64,000 nucleotides of DNA from an uncultured Pseudomonadales bacterium (GCA_937775265.1 CALKBV010000002.1:118538-182537), one strand, 5' to 3'. Shown: positions 22,578 to 33,411, counted from the first letter of the stretch. Numbers and translations: made by a program. The notes: a model not told the origin generated them from the sequence alone.

Positions 22578-23984
22578 ATGCCAAAGAAGAACGCACTTAT
22601 TGTCGATGACGAACCCGACATCCGTGAGCTTCTGGAGATCACACTAGGTCGTATGGGCATCGAAACATTAAGCGCAAAAGATATCACCTCTGCCAAGGCG
22701 CTATTACAAAACAATGAATTCGACTTCTGTATGGCAGATATGAACCTGCCGGACGGTAACGGCATTGAGCTCGTCAAATACATTAACAGCGACTATCCAC
22801 AGGTACCCGTTGCAATGATCACCGCACACGGTAGTGTAGATTCCGCGGTTGAAGCATTGAAAGCGGGTGCATTCGATTTCGTTTCCAAGCCAGTCAACAT
22901 CGAACTCTTGCGGAGTCTTGTCAACGCAGCGCTGAACCTGAAGCCCCTGGACACCAAAACCGGCATCGCTACTCCCAGCGTTCTCGGTGAAACAGCAATA
23001 ATGATCGCGCTGCGCAAGCAGATATCAATATTGGCGAGGAGCCAGGCGCCTATCTATATCAGTGGCGAATCCGGCAGTGGTAAAGAGCTCGTGGCAAGAT
23101 CGATTCACGAAAGTGGTCCGCGTGCCGGGGGTCCATTCATTCCAGTTAACTGCGGCGCAATTCCCAGCGAGCTAATGGAAAGCGAGTTTTTTGGTCACAC
23201 CAAGGGAAGTTTTACAGGCGCGGTTGCGGACAAGGAAGGCCTTTTCCAGGCTGCCAATGGAGGAACGCTTTTCCTGGATGAAGTAGCAGACCTTCCGCTT
23301 CCAATGCAGGTGAAGCTGCTGCGCGGTATTCAGGAGAAGGCGATCAGGCCAATTGGTTCGCAGCAGGAACTAAGTGTTCATGTACGAATTCTGAGCGCAA
23401 CTCACAAGGACCTGACAGCCGAGGTTGAGCGCGGGACCTTCCGGCAAGATCTTTTTTACCGTATTAACGTCATAGAGCTCCGCGTGCCGAGCCTTCGGGA
23501 GCGCGCTGAGGACATTCCTGTTCTTGCCGAGGATTTACTCAGCAGGGTTGCAGATGACTACCAAGTCCCGAAGCCCAGGCTCAGCAGCGAGGCGATCAGC
23601 GAACTCAGCAAGTACCATTTCCCTGGGAATGTTCGAGAGCTTGCGAATATCCTGGAAAGAGCCGTCACGCTGTGTGAGAACGATATCATCATGCCCGACA
23701 ACCTGCAGTTGACCCTTACGTCTCCGACAGACGAGCAATTCACCAAACCAGTATACGATGGTGAGGACCACGCGCGGGAGCCAGAAGCGGCGATCGATAA
23801 AACACCCGGATCAGCGCTACCTAAAGATGAGGAGTCGCTGGATTCCTATCTGGAAAATATTGAAAAGAGCCTCATCGTTGATGCCCTTGAAACAACTCGA
23901 TGGAATAAAACAGCAGCGGCCAGGAAGCTGGGTATTACCTTCCGCGCGTTACGCTACAAGCTGAAAAAACTGGGTCTGAATTAG
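22578..23984 (+). CDS. pilR: Sigma-54-dependent response regulator PilR
   Basis: It combines a receiver domain, an AAA+ domain (GESGSGKE, GAFTGA-like GSFTGA) and a C-terminal Fis-type HTH (AARKLGITFRALRYKLKKLG). Confidence 0.9.
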   Translation: MPKKNALIVDDEPDIRELLEITLGRMGIETLSAKDITSAKALLQNNEFDFCMADMNLPDGNGIELVKYINSDYPQVPVAMITAHGSVDSAVEALKAGAFDFVSKPVNIELLRSLVNAALNLKPLDTKTGIATPSVLGETAIMIALRKQISILARSQAPIYISGESGSGKELVARSIHESGPRAGGPFIPVNCGAIPSELMESEFFGHTKGSFTGAVADKEGLFQAANGGTLFLDEVADLPLPMQVKLLRGIQEKAIRPIGSQQELSVHVRILSATHKDLTAEVERGTFRQDLFYRINVIELRVPSLRERAEDIPVLAEDLLSRVADDYQVPKPRLSSEAISELSKYHFPGNVRELANILERAVTLCENDIIMPDNLQLTLTSPTDEQFTKPVYDGEDHAREPEAAIDKTPGSALPKDEESLDSYLENIEKSLIVDALETTRWNKTAAARKLGITFRALRYKLKKLGLN

Positions 23985-24099
23985 ATTCACCTGTTGACTG
24001 GTTAAACGCTCGCACACCTGGACGAGAAGTCCTGCATTAATCCCACGGCTCCCGCTCTAATCTGATGCCAGATAGCATTATTAGTAACGGGACACTGTT

Positions 24100-24660
24100 A
24101 TGCGCGGCCTTCGATCTGGATATTCCACCTTCGAGATGATCACTGTTCTGGGGATTAGCCTAACGTTGATAGCATTCGCGATTCCGCCCGTTAACGCCAT
24201 GCTCATTCGCAGTAAAACGACATCCTCAATCAATCGACTGGTCGCCGCCGTCAACTTTACCCGTCACACAGCGGTGCAATACCACACGGTCGCGACATTA
24301 TGCGCGACAAAGGCTAACGGAAAATGTGGCGCTTCCTGGGCAGGTGAACTGTCGGTGTTCCTGGACAGGAACAGAAACGCAAGGCATGAACCTGAAGAAA
24401 AACTCATCGCTCGTATATCAAACAATAATTCTGATAACTCAGTTACCTGGCGTGCATTCCAGAACAAACAGTACCTACAGATGACGTCGATGGGATATAC
24501 GAAATTTCAAAACGGGAATTTTGTCGTCTGCCCGGCCAACGCCAACCCGAAGTATGCACGCCAGATCGTGATCAATGTACAGGGCAGGGTCAGGCAGAAC
24601 CGTTCGGTCGATAAGGCTGGATACCCCATCGACCGCAAAGGTCAGCAGCTCAGGTGCTAG
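24100..24660 (+). CDS. fimT: GspH/FimT-family type IV minor pilin
   Basis: It has a prepilin-type N-terminus (GYSTFEMITVLGISLTLIAFAIP). Its position after pilR matches Pseudomonas. Confidence 0.7.
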   Translation: MRGLRSGYSTFEMITVLGISLTLIAFAIPPVNAMLIRSKTTSSINRLVAAVNFTRHTAVQYHTVATLCATKANGKCGASWAGELSVFLDRNRNARHEPEEKLIARISNNNSDNSVTWRAFQNKQYLQMTSMGYTKFQNGNFVVCPANANPKYARQIVINVQGRVRQNRSVDKAGYPIDRKGQQLRC

Positions 24661-25010
24661 TATTCGACTTCCGTGTTGGCCGCAAGCTGCTTGATCACCA
24701 TCGCAACTCTTGCCTGCCCCAGATCCAGGTACTCCACCTCTACCTTCATCCCAACGGACAGCAGTTCGAACGCGCCAACCGAAGTTCCATACAATGAAAT
24801 TTCGGTAATGTTTTCCCCGAAAGCAGGACTTACATGGTAATCGTACCCGCTGACCTGGATCACCCGATTCGCGAAATCCATCTCAACGATAACGCCATTT
24901 TCAAACCTCGAAGGAAGGGGAGCCTCGATGCTGTCCATCAGTTCATCGAAAGTCTCAGCTAACAATCCCACCGGCATCATCAAGATAAGCACGACCAGCA
25001 ACTCCCTCAC
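24657..25010 (-). CDS. Small secreted protein at the pilY2 position, function unknown
   Basis: The 117-aa ORF has a signal peptide (LLVVLILMMPVGLLA). It is the last gene of the minor-pilin operon, 10 nt after pilY1. Confidence 0.5.
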   Translation of the reverse strand: MRELLVVLILMMPVGLLAETFDELMDSIEAPLPSRFENGVIVEMDFANRVIQVSGYDYHVSPAFGENITEISLYGTSVGAFELLSVGMKVEVEYLDLGQARVAMVIKQLAANTEVEY

Positions 25011-25020
25011 AATAGTTCTC

Positions 25021-28000
25021 CTAATTTATAGTTTCCAGACGCTTCCAAGACAACCGGCCCGTGCTGGCTCCAAACGACGTGTTCGTTCCAATAATGTGCA
25101 GCGCCCGGCCATACTGGGTCACACGCTTGTCACCGATGAAAGTCGAGTCGGTGGGTGGTGCAGGATCCTCAAGGATAATACCTGCAGCCGTCTGAGCGCC
25201 GCCTATATCGTCACCAGCGTCGAAGATACCGTCATTGTTCAGGTCAAACACCGTTCGATTAAAGCAGATTGAACCACCGGTAGCCGGGCAGAACGACAAG
25301 ACGGCACCACCCGCCAGCCCAACACAACTCCCAAGCTCCCTTGGGAAGACAGAGTTCACGAACGCAATGCCACCACGCAACTGTATGTTTCGTACGGCTT
25401 TCTCACCAGGGAACTCTGCGGGAGCGCCTGCCGCTGCGCCCGCCGCCGGAGAATCTAGGTCGTTATACCAACCTTTCTGGGCTCCGATCGCAGACACAGA
25501 ATAGTCAACATCATTATTTGTGAGCGTTCTTAACTTGCCCAAAGTATCATCAACATTGGTATAGCTTTGAACCTGGAGATCAGACTTCAGGATCAGCTCT
25601 GGTCCCAGTCGATCCCAGAGACCGTACACAGACTGGATTTCTGAATCGGTAGAGTCGACGGTACGCACATACGCACCTGTACCGAAGATGATAATAAAGC
25701 CTTCCTCTTCAGTTGGGTGAACGATGGCAATCGGTTGAGTAGTGATCGGCTGATTCTTCTCATCTACAGTGCCTGGCTTGTACTGCGCCTTAAATATCTT
25801 GGTAACACTCCAATCATTGAAATCAGAGGCCGTGATATCAAAGCGGAAAAAATTTCCCTGCAGATCCCCGGCATAAACATAGTCAGCGGTACCGTTACCA
25901 TCTGTATCGAGTACTCTTGGTTCACTAAGACCGTTGGGCAGCCCGGATTCCACACCGAATCCGGTATCCAGTTTAACGAAGTCCTGCTCGTCGCCGTCCT
26001 GACAATCAGCAGGAAAGCCTCCATCCGGGGTGACGTTATGGTTAATGTCAGGGTGACACCAGGTGCCATCTAACCCGCCTTCAAGGAACAGGATCAACAA
26101 CTTCGCAATACCCGCGGTAGAGTTATAGCCATTACCCGCGATTGAAACCCACTTGTGTTCACCGTCAGACTCAACAATGTTACTCATCACGATGGTTGGC
26201 ACACTAAACGTGTAACCAAGGTCTTTCACTGGCTGTGCGGGTGACAACAGGTCCTGGCGCTGGTCATCTTTACTACCGTCGTCATCCGTGTCAGCAAGCA
26301 AAGCGTCACCAAACTTGTCAGTCGGGTACGTATCATCTTCATCCGTGAACTCCCAGAGCACAACCTGCTCTGCTGAAGAATCCTTAAATGTGGCTGGATC
26401 TGTAACATCCAGCGCGAAGTAGGCTTTACCGCCACCTCCCTGGCCACTGATCAGGATAGTCCGCCACTCCTTATTACCATCACCATCAACGTCCATAAAG
26501 ACATCGTTGACGGCTGGGGTCGAATCCACAAAGTACTTGTGGGTGTATTCGAAATCCAGCAGATCTGTGACGTCCTGACTATAGCTATTTAGCATCAGAT
26601 TATTCGGCAGGTAGGCGATGACTTCATCGCCGGTTTCAGCGGCAAACCCATGCAACATACCATCGTTAGCGGCGACATAAACCACTGGACTGCGGGTATG
26701 ATTGTCGGAACGAAACTTTGAGTAAAGATCAGCAGCAGACTGAGGGAATGGCGGGGAATCTCTGCCTACCCTCGACGGAAGACCGATGAAGGTCGGCGCC
26801 GAATGCACAATATCACCCAGCCGACCCTCAATGCCGGGGCGCTCCCGGAGGTTGCCTGCAGGGCGCTCGTTAGAATGGTCACCTCGCAGGTAAGCGACTC
26901 CCTGGTTTACCTCTAGGTCTTGTTGGCTGCCAGCGGGCTCCGCGCTAAATGCTGCTCGTTGATCGGCATTAAGATCAGCCTGCCTGAACGGTACCCCGTC
27001 TTGCCCGTCGTAGGTCAGGATCACGCGATCGTCAGGATCTCTTACATCTAGTCGAGCCGCAGCATTCCAGACAGGATCCTCCGTCACCGTTCCATCCAGG
27101 TCAATTTCCTGCGCAAGCAGGTCACCCGTGTTGTTCTTCGTATTGTAGAAAGAACGGAACACAAGGGTGTCTTCAAGAATTTCCTGCGAGTTAAATGATA
27201 CGGCCGATGCAGCACCACTTCCCTGCTGGAACTCTTCGAAAGCCGCGATCAAAGCCTCTGCCAGAGTTGCAGCATTACCAGCACTGAGATACTGGCCCCG
27301 GCCATTAACCGCAGCATGACGCATGTCATCGATCTTACGCAAAGTATTGGTTGGATTGCCCCAATCAAAGGTTTGCGTGTAGTCCGTTGGCACGTCCTCC
27401 TCTGCGATAGCCCCGTTCACACCGAACCCAATAGTGAAAGTCTTCATGTGCTGGTGCATCAGGACATTCGAGTTATCCTCGAACGCATCAACTGCAGCGC
27501 CGGCGGTATCTCTCGAGGAAGTCGGTACTTCATTCGACAAGGAGCTGTGTAAATCAGACTCGTAGTACGCCATTGCAACGTCCGCCAGGGAGCTGGCGAA
27601 TGGGCCTTCATAGACACCACCATCAAAGTTCGTATCGCCATCACCATCCCTGTTGCCGACAGACGGGCTATTACCATTCCATGCGCCATCAGAAATCAAC
27701 AGCGTAAAGTTCTGCTGGCAGTTCCCCGCTGGCGCCTCAAAGATCGGGCAATTTGGATCACCCGGCGCAGAGTTGGAGCTGGAATTGAAGATGTCATTGC
27801 GCCTACAGGCAAAGTGTCGGCCTGCATCGCGAAGTGAACGTCTTAAAGGCGTAGCACCGCTGGACTGAGTTAGGTAGATCGCATCCAGCAGATCGGCCTT
27901 GGCACCCGTTCTTTCGGAAGTGTTCATGGACTTAATCGGCTGACCGTCACTACGACGGTTGAGTTTTGCATAGCCCACCCGAAGGTTCTCGGATGACGCA

Positions 28001-30276
28001 ACGACTTTACCGAGTGCAGACTTAGCGGTGAACTCACGGCTACGGGAATAAGTAAACCAGTTCGAAAAGTTCTGCAGCTCTTCATCGAAGGAACAGGAAT
28101 CCCCCGCGGCGACACAGTCAGTTCTGCTCTTTGGCCTGGGATAGGTATCTGACCCAGGCTCACCATTCGATTGTGTTTCTGACGCAGGTCGAATCTCTAC
28201 CAGTACGCCGTCAGAGTTAGTCGGGTCCAGTATCGGAGACGGCACCGCATCAAGGTCTGGTGTTGTTTCTGTCAAATCCTTGTTATCCCAAATATAGTAC
28301 CGCGGCAGGTACATATCTTCAGCAACCACCTGCCGAAAACCACTTGTGCCCCCAGTACACACCGTGCGAAAGTTTACGCACTTACCACGACGGAATCTGA
28401 AACACTGCCGAGAACAGGTTCGAGGACTTCTTATAACCGCCGCGCCTGTATAATCCGGTTGCAATATTCGGAGGTTGGTTGCAGCGCCTGAGGGTGAGAG
28501 CGGATTGTGCAGCGCTGCAGTCGGCGTTGAATTAGGAAAATCCACATCACTCGGGTTCAATCCGTTCCACGGGTCGTAGCGAATGGCCGGGTTATAGTAG
28601 TTCTTGTTGTAAAACGAATTCCTGAGACGCCACAAACCCTGACCAGGCGCATCACTTTCACCGGGCGCGACATAAAGGGAAGAACCTGCAGTCGCCTTCA
28701 TGGTGTAGAGGATGTAGTTGCCAGTCGAGAAATAGTACACGCCACTACTCTGATCCGTAAGAATATCCCAGCGCATTGAACCTGAATCGTCGTTGACGAT
28801 CAGCACATTCGCCTCTGGGCCCACGGGAAGTTCCAAGGGAATATCTGCTAGGCCAAAGTCCACCTCAACCACGTCGTCAGACAAGCCTGCGGGGGCATCT
28901 CCAATAGCTTCCACAACGATCGTCACCGGGACATCAAAAACACAAGTATCAGCCGCAGGCACAGGCGTCTCACATACATTGAAAACGAAACTGTCAGACC
29001 CAGAGAACGCAGCAAGCGGTCGATAAGTGAATGTACCGTCGGCATTAAATTCGTTTAGTAGTCCCTGCTCTGTGAGAAATCCATTAATCGAGAAGTGCAG
29101 GGTATCCACGTCTCGTCCCGCTGGCTGTTCACAGTCTGCGTCATTTGGATTACAGCCATTCCCATCAACGTGGGTGTTATCAACACCGGTTACCTTAGTA
29201 GCAAGGCCATCAGCCAGAGTAACAATCAGATCGCCAGCCTGCTCCATTTGGTAGACGATATTCGCAGGCACCCGAGGCAGGTCGTTAACTGGCGTCACGT
29301 TGACTGTCACTGTTGCACACCGGACATCATCCGGTGGTGTGAACGCCGGTTCCGATTCGGGGAACGCATCCTGCATGCAGTAGGTAAAGGTGTCTTCACC
29401 GTTGAAGTCAAGCGCGGGCTTGTACATGATCGAGTTATCCAGAATACCGGCAGCTGCGATAGTCGTATCGCCTGTCTGTGCGTCCTGGCATCCCGCATTC
29501 GCACAACTGACCTCACCATTTATCTCAATAGCGAAATCACCGACGTTATTTCTGTCGGCTAATCGCGATGTGGTTCGCCAGGTATGAGCCTGGCCGGAGC
29601 TATCCGTAATTGTCTGGCCCGCACTGATCACAAAAGAAGGGGTGTCACCCAGATAATCATTAGACAAAACATCGAAGACGATCGGCTCACCATCTTCTAC
29701 CATCACCAGTCCAATAAAATCATGGTAATGGTCATCCTTCGCCAGCGGGGTATCGTTGCCAATACTCTGAACCGTGATCCTGAAGGTTACTTCGTCAAAC
29801 AGGAAGATTGGATCGGCTCGGGCTGCCGGTGGTCGACCCTGATCAGTGGCGCGGACAGTTATGTCAAGGTAACCATGCCCATCCGGCGCCAACTGGATCA
29901 ACATCGACGTATCGGTGGTCTCGTAAACCGCGGTACGCGAAACATCGGTATCGACATCGCTAATAATAGTAAACGGCAGATCGACATACACTCTCTCAAC
30001 CGAAGCATCCGTTGGGACATCAACCACCGTTATCGTGTAAGTCAGTGAATCATCAATATCCGGATCGGTGAAAGCAGCTTCCAGCGGAAGCCGGATATCG
30101 GCCGAATCTTCATCCACCGCATAGCCAGAGGCGCTGTAGCTGCCTGGAATATAGGTAGGCGCGACATTATCTAGCGCTAAAGCGGAGTAACTAAACAGCT
30201 GGACCGCACAAAAAACAAAAAGCGGGAGTAATCGCGACCCCAACTTAAGTCGTCTGAATGTTGAATAGTTGCCCAT
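25021..30276 (-). CDS. pilY1: Type IV pilus tip adhesin PilY1, extended form (1751 aa)
   Basis: It has a signal peptide and about 450 aa of cadherin/Ig-like repeats (TVNVTPVNDLP). A vWA domain follows with the MIDAS DDSGSM (28774-28791). The C-terminal PilY1 propeller carries the Ca site DTDGNGTADYVYAGDLQGNFFRFD and a second DLNNDGIFDAGDD. Confidence 0.85.
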   Translation of the reverse strand: MGNYSTFRRLKLGSRLLPLFVFCAVQLFSYSALALDNVAPTYIPGSYSASGYAVDEDSADIRLPLEAAFTDPDIDDSLTYTITVVDVPTDASVERVYVDLPFTIISDVDTDVSRTAVYETTDTSMLIQLAPDGHGYLDITVRATDQGRPPAARADPIFLFDEVTFRITVQSIGNDTPLAKDDHYHDFIGLVMVEDGEPIVFDVLSNDYLGDTPSFVISAGQTITDSSGQAHTWRTTSRLADRNNVGDFAIEINGEVSCANAGCQDAQTGDTTIAAAGILDNSIMYKPALDFNGEDTFTYCMQDAFPESEPAFTPPDDVRCATVTVNVTPVNDLPRVPANIVYQMEQAGDLIVTLADGLATKVTGVDNTHVDGNGCNPNDADCEQPAGRDVDTLHFSINGFLTEQGLLNEFNADGTFTYRPLAAFSGSDSFVFNVCETPVPAADTCVFDVPVTIVVEAIGDAPAGLSDDVVEVDFGLADIPLELPVGPEANVLIVNDDSGSMRWDILTDQSSGVYYFSTGNYILYTMKATAGSSLYVAPGESDAPGQGLWRLRNSFYNKNYYNPAIRYDPWNGLNPSDVDFPNSTPTAALHNPLSPSGAATNLRILQPDYTGAAVIRSPRTCSRQCFRFRRGKCVNFRTVCTGGTSGFRQVVAEDMYLPRYYIWDNKDLTETTPDLDAVPSPILDPTNSDGVLVEIRPASETQSNGEPGSDTYPRPKSRTDCVAAGDSCSFDEELQNFSNWFTYSRSREFTAKSALGKVVASSENLRVGYAKLNRRSDGQPIKSMNTSERTGAKADLLDAIYLTQSSGATPLRRSLRDAGRHFACRRNDIFNSSSNSAPGDPNCPIFEAPAGNCQQNFTLLISDGAWNGNSPSVGNRDGDGDTNFDGGVYEGPFASSLADVAMAYYESDLHSSLSNEVPTSSRDTAGAAVDAFEDNSNVLMHQHMKTFTIGFGVNGAIAEEDVPTDYTQTFDWGNPTNTLRKIDDMRHAAVNGRGQYLSAGNAATLAEALIAAFEEFQQGSGAASAVSFNSQEILEDTLVFRSFYNTKNNTGDLLAQEIDLDGTVTEDPVWNAAARLDVRDPDDRVILTYDGQDGVPFRQADLNADQRAAFSAEPAGSQQDLEVNQGVAYLRGDHSNERPAGNLRERPGIEGRLGDIVHSAPTFIGLPSRVGRDSPPFPQSAADLYSKFRSDNHTRSPVVYVAANDGMLHGFAAETGDEVIAYLPNNLMLNSYSQDVTDLLDFEYTHKYFVDSTPAVNDVFMDVDGDGNKEWRTILISGQGGGGKAYFALDVTDPATFKDSSAEQVVLWEFTDEDDTYPTDKFGDALLADTDDDGSKDDQRQDLLSPAQPVKDLGYTFSVPTIVMSNIVESDGEHKWVSIAGNGYNSTAGIAKLLILFLEGGLDGTWCHPDINHNVTPDGGFPADCQDGDEQDFVKLDTGFGVESGLPNGLSEPRVLDTDGNGTADYVYAGDLQGNFFRFDITASDFNDWSVTKIFKAQYKPGTVDEKNQPITTQPIAIVHPTEEEGFIIIFGTGAYVRTVDSTDSEIQSVYGLWDRLGPELILKSDLQVQSYTNVDDTLGKLRTLTNNDVDYSVSAIGAQKGWYNDLDSPAAGAAAGAPAEFPGEKAVRNIQLRGGIAFVNSVFPRELGSCVGLAGGAVLSFCPATGGSICFNRTVFDLNNDGIFDAGDDIGGAQTAAGIILEDPAPPTDSTFIGDKRVTQYGRALHIIGTNTSFGASTGRLSWKRLETIN

Positions 30277-30429
30277 GTCTCTATTCCCGACTTATCAATT
30301 TCAAGTAACAACTCACCCTAACGAGTGAATGGCAAACAACAATATACAAGCAGGACGTCGCTAGTAATGGGTAAATTGACTCAATGGTCGAATTAGCTGA
30401 ACGAACGGCTCCACCATATTTTAAGAGCG

Positions 30430-31005
30430 CTAGAACCTTTTCCCGTAGGTTCCCTGGATCATGGCCAGGGCGGTTCCAGTAGCGCCGGTTCCACGGGCCG
30501 TGACTCGGAAGATCTCGGTTCGACCACCACCTGTGTCCTGGCCTATATTATCAAGATTCAGTGTGTCTGCATCCGAAATAACTGTTTTTACATGCTCGAC
30601 GATGTATCTTGGCTGAACGTTGACACCGGTCATCGTGGTGTCACTCACTCGAGAGCCGGTGACGCCGGCCCAGACCCCAACCCCCGTCCAGTTTGGAGCT
30701 ACACCAGGTGCTGCCTCATAGTAATAACCATTAGCCTCATTGGCACCTAGCGTCCCAGGGGCGCCTGAATCTCCAAAGGCAATCAGCGAGTTAAGACCTT
30801 GCAGAAGGTTTTCTCCATCCCTGAGCGCTAACTCAGCGGCCTGGAAAGCGAGATTTCCATCATTGGCGTTGCGGGCCATTCGTTGCTGCAGCGAAGTTGT
30901 CTGAATAGATGAGACACCGAGGACCGTCAATAGCAACAGCATGACAAGGCTCATAAACAATACGATACCTTCCTGCTTTTGTTTGTTTTGCATCGCCATC
31001 CTCAT
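30430..31005 (-). CDS. pilX: Type IV minor pilin PilX
   Basis: It has a PilX N-terminal domain (QEGIVLFMSLVMLLLLTVLGVSSIQTTSLQQRMARN) and the expected operon position. Confidence 0.75.
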   Translation of the reverse strand: MRMAMQNKQKQEGIVLFMSLVMLLLLTVLGVSSIQTTSLQQRMARNANDGNLAFQAAELALRDGENLLQGLNSLIAFGDSGAPGTLGANEANGYYYEAAPGVAPNWTGVGVWAGVTGSRVSDTTMTGVNVQPRYIVEHVKTVISDADTLNLDNIGQDTGGGRTEIFRVTARGTGATGTALAMIQGTYGKRF

Positions 31006-31010
31006 TAGCC

Positions 31011-32195
31011 TCAGTTTCTCAGCATAAAAGTCTGTGTGAAAGCTCGGCGTATCAAGCCATCTCTGCCGTTTGCATCATTAGGATTATCGTTATATCCGGC
31101 TAAAGCCCCCCCCACCAGCGTGTAAGCGCAGTTTTGAATGCCGCAACCATGGGTTGTCGCACTAGAACCGCCAACATCATCAATAGTGTTAGCGATCACC
31201 GTGACCCGAACAGTGACGACATTATTCATGACAACCTGATTTGCGGGCAGGTATTGGTTTGGGGTGCCGTTTCCGTCGGTAGATACACCATAAAGAATCT
31301 GGAGGTTTTCAATACCCTCAACAAGCTCAACCGGAGCTGTTGTTCCGGATTTTTTCCACAGTGACAGAGGAACATCACCGCTTCTATTTTCGCCTGTGCC
31401 AGGCGCGATGAAGTAAATGTGCGTCTCAATTGCGCTTACATTTGCGTCATCCTCAAAAGTGTTTCTTTGAGCCAGAGTCAGGAAGCTATTCCGCCAGGCA
31501 TCAGTTGGATCCAGCGAATGTGCAATATCGACTTGCTCCGTAAGCGGATCAGGTGTAGCTACAAGCGTCACACCGGTCGCGTGGAATATGGTCGCTTTCT
31601 CGCAATCATGAATCATTGCAAGATCCCCTTGACTGAACCCGAGTGCAGCCAGCCCCCTGTTTTGGTCTACCAAGACAGAGATATCCCCTCTTGAAGTCAA
31701 CATATTCTGCGCAAGCCGGATTTCACTGTCTTGCTGTAAAGTGTTTCTTATCACCAATACATCCGTGCCACTCACAATGTTGTTCGTATTGATGCCAGTG
31801 CCGGCAACAAAAACATTAGTATTAGTCGCCCCTATTGTCGTTGGCAGACCAGTCAGGTTTGGAGCCCAGAGTCCTACGCCAGAAGCGTCATGACCCCCGA
31901 GACCAGACCTTAGATCAAACTCATACGGTATGTTGTTACCGTTAGCTGCTGTAAAGAAGACCGGGGTGGGTGCGTTCGAGAAACATCCGAGATACCCTGC
32001 CTTATAGATATCACGACCAATGAAATCGAGCGCAAATCGGGCAGATTCCTGTATCCGGGACTGACCCATCATGACCCGATGAGTGTCAGAGTTGGCACTG
32101 AACAACTGCACAATACCCGCGGTAATAACTGACCCGACGGTCAACGAGATCATCAGCTCAACCAGGGACAAACCCCTTTGCAGTGAATGGTGCAT
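31011..32195 (-). CDS. pilW: Type IV minor pilin PilW
   Basis: It has a prepilin N-terminus (RGLSLVELMISLTVGSVI), is 394 aa long, and sits between pilV and pilX. Confidence 0.75.
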   Translation of the reverse strand: MHHSLQRGLSLVELMISLTVGSVITAGIVQLFSANSDTHRVMMGQSRIQESARFALDFIGRDIYKAGYLGCFSNAPTPVFFTAANGNNIPYEFDLRSGLGGHDASGVGLWAPNLTGLPTTIGATNTNVFVAGTGINTNNIVSGTDVLVIRNTLQQDSEIRLAQNMLTSRGDISVLVDQNRGLAALGFSQGDLAMIHDCEKATIFHATGVTLVATPDPLTEQVDIAHSLDPTDAWRNSFLTLAQRNTFEDDANVSAIETHIYFIAPGTGENRSGDVPLSLWKKSGTTAPVELVEGIENLQILYGVSTDGNGTPNQYLPANQVVMNNVVTVRVTVIANTIDDVGGSSATTHGCGIQNCAYTLVGGALAGYNDNPNDANGRDGLIRRAFTQTFMLRN

Positions 32196-32743
32196 CAGTT
32201 TGTTGTCCTAGTCCGGAGCGTTACTGAGGTGTAGGTCCGCTGACTCGGATCGTCAATCCACCGCACAATCACACAGGTTTCCCCCGGTTGAACCGCGCAA
32301 AGCGCAGAGGCAGCATTATTTACTATGGCGCCCTGCCCTCCAGGCAAGGTGCCGGTAACACCCAGGGCGATGCAAGCGGGGTAGCGATTGAGGGCGGCAT
32401 TTAGATCGTTAATCGAGCATCTCCACAACGCAATGTCGTAGCCGCTCATCTGGGCGGCGTTACAGCCCCTGGCTACACAGTCTCTCGGCAACGCCGGGGC
32501 AGCGTTAAATCCCAGGCCGGCATAATTCTGGAGGGGATTTGCCCGCATTCGGTCGAGTATGTCACCACCAAGCATGAGTGCTTCCGCACGCAATAATGAG
32601 CTCCGGTTCTGTTGCAGGCTTAACACCTGCAGTCCCGCAACGCCAAGAATGCCCACTGACATGATGACCACTGAAACAAGCACCTCGATCAAGGAGAAGC
32701 CTTGTTGTCGTTGTCGGGTGAGTAAACGCGTTTTCATGGGCAA
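32195..32743 (-). CDS. pilV: Type IV pilus modification protein PilV
   Basis: QGFSLIEVLVSVVIMSVGILGVAGLQ is a typical PilV N-terminus. Confidence 0.8.
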   Translation of the reverse strand: MPMKTRLLTRQRQQGFSLIEVLVSVVIMSVGILGVAGLQVLSLQQNRSSLLRAEALMLGGDILDRMRANPLQNYAGLGFNAAPALPRDCVARGCNAAQMSGYDIALWRCSINDLNAALNRYPACIALGVTGTLPGGQGAIVNNAASALCAVQPGETCVIVRWIDDPSQRTYTSVTLRTRTTN

Positions 32744-33291
32744 AACGGCCGCACAGACAGGACTGGATCACCGGGCTCTGCTTCTCTCCAGACCTTTGGC
32801 CGACCGATGATCGCTATCTGAATCCGGCGACCGAGCTGTCCCGAAAGGCATAAATCCAGGTTTCGAAGCTGGTTGTTTGTTCCACTCAGCGCACCCAAGC
32901 TGCTGAACTGAATCGAGGTGCGGGGAGCATTCCAGTTACCTCCGTTTGCGGCATCATCTCTACCTGCAAGCGTTGCTGTTCCCAACAATGCTGGAAAACG
33001 CCTGATAACGGGATTACCGCAGTTTCCCGGAGTGCCACGGACGATGCAGTATCCTCCACCGAACTCATTGCCGGGGGTACCAACCGCGGCCTGCAGGCTG
33101 GTAGTGTTCCCGATTCTGCTTGCTTCTGATCGGGCCAGGTTTATCGCCAACGATAAATCATTTGTCTGAGTCACGAGCCGGTTTCTTTGCAGCATTCCCT
33201 GAAAGCTGGGCACAGCAATGGACATGCCGATACCCATAATCACGATAACGAACAACATCTCTACCATAGTGAAGCCGTCGAAACGCCTCAT
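32734..33291 (-). CDS. fimU: GspH/FimT-family minor pilin (FimU position)
   Basis: It has a prepilin N-terminus (DGFTMVEMLFVIVIMGIGMSIAVPSF). It is the first gene of the fimU-pilVWXY1 block. Confidence 0.7.
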   Translation of the reverse strand: MRRFDGFTMVEMLFVIVIMGIGMSIAVPSFQGMLQRNRLVTQTNDLSLAINLARSEASRIGNTTSLQAAVGTPGNEFGGGYCIVRGTPGNCGNPVIRRFPALLGTATLAGRDDAANGGNWNAPRTSIQFSSLGALSGTNNQLRNLDLCLSGQLGRRIQIAIIGRPKVWREAEPGDPVLSVRPFCP

Positions 33292-33411
33292 ACAAATCCC
33301 ATAAACCGATACCCGACAAAAATCAGGCCTCCAAAGATTCTATAGAATTGTCATAACATGAGCGCCTGGCCCCGATAAGCGGGAACAATCGGGCGACAGG
33401 TGGTCAGGTCT

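Noticed and set aside
29095-30048. 155-aa and 154-aa plus-strand ORFs (29095-29562, 29584-30048), and other long antisense ORFs in pilY1
   Set aside because: They are shadow ORFs opposite the strongly supported pilY1 frame.
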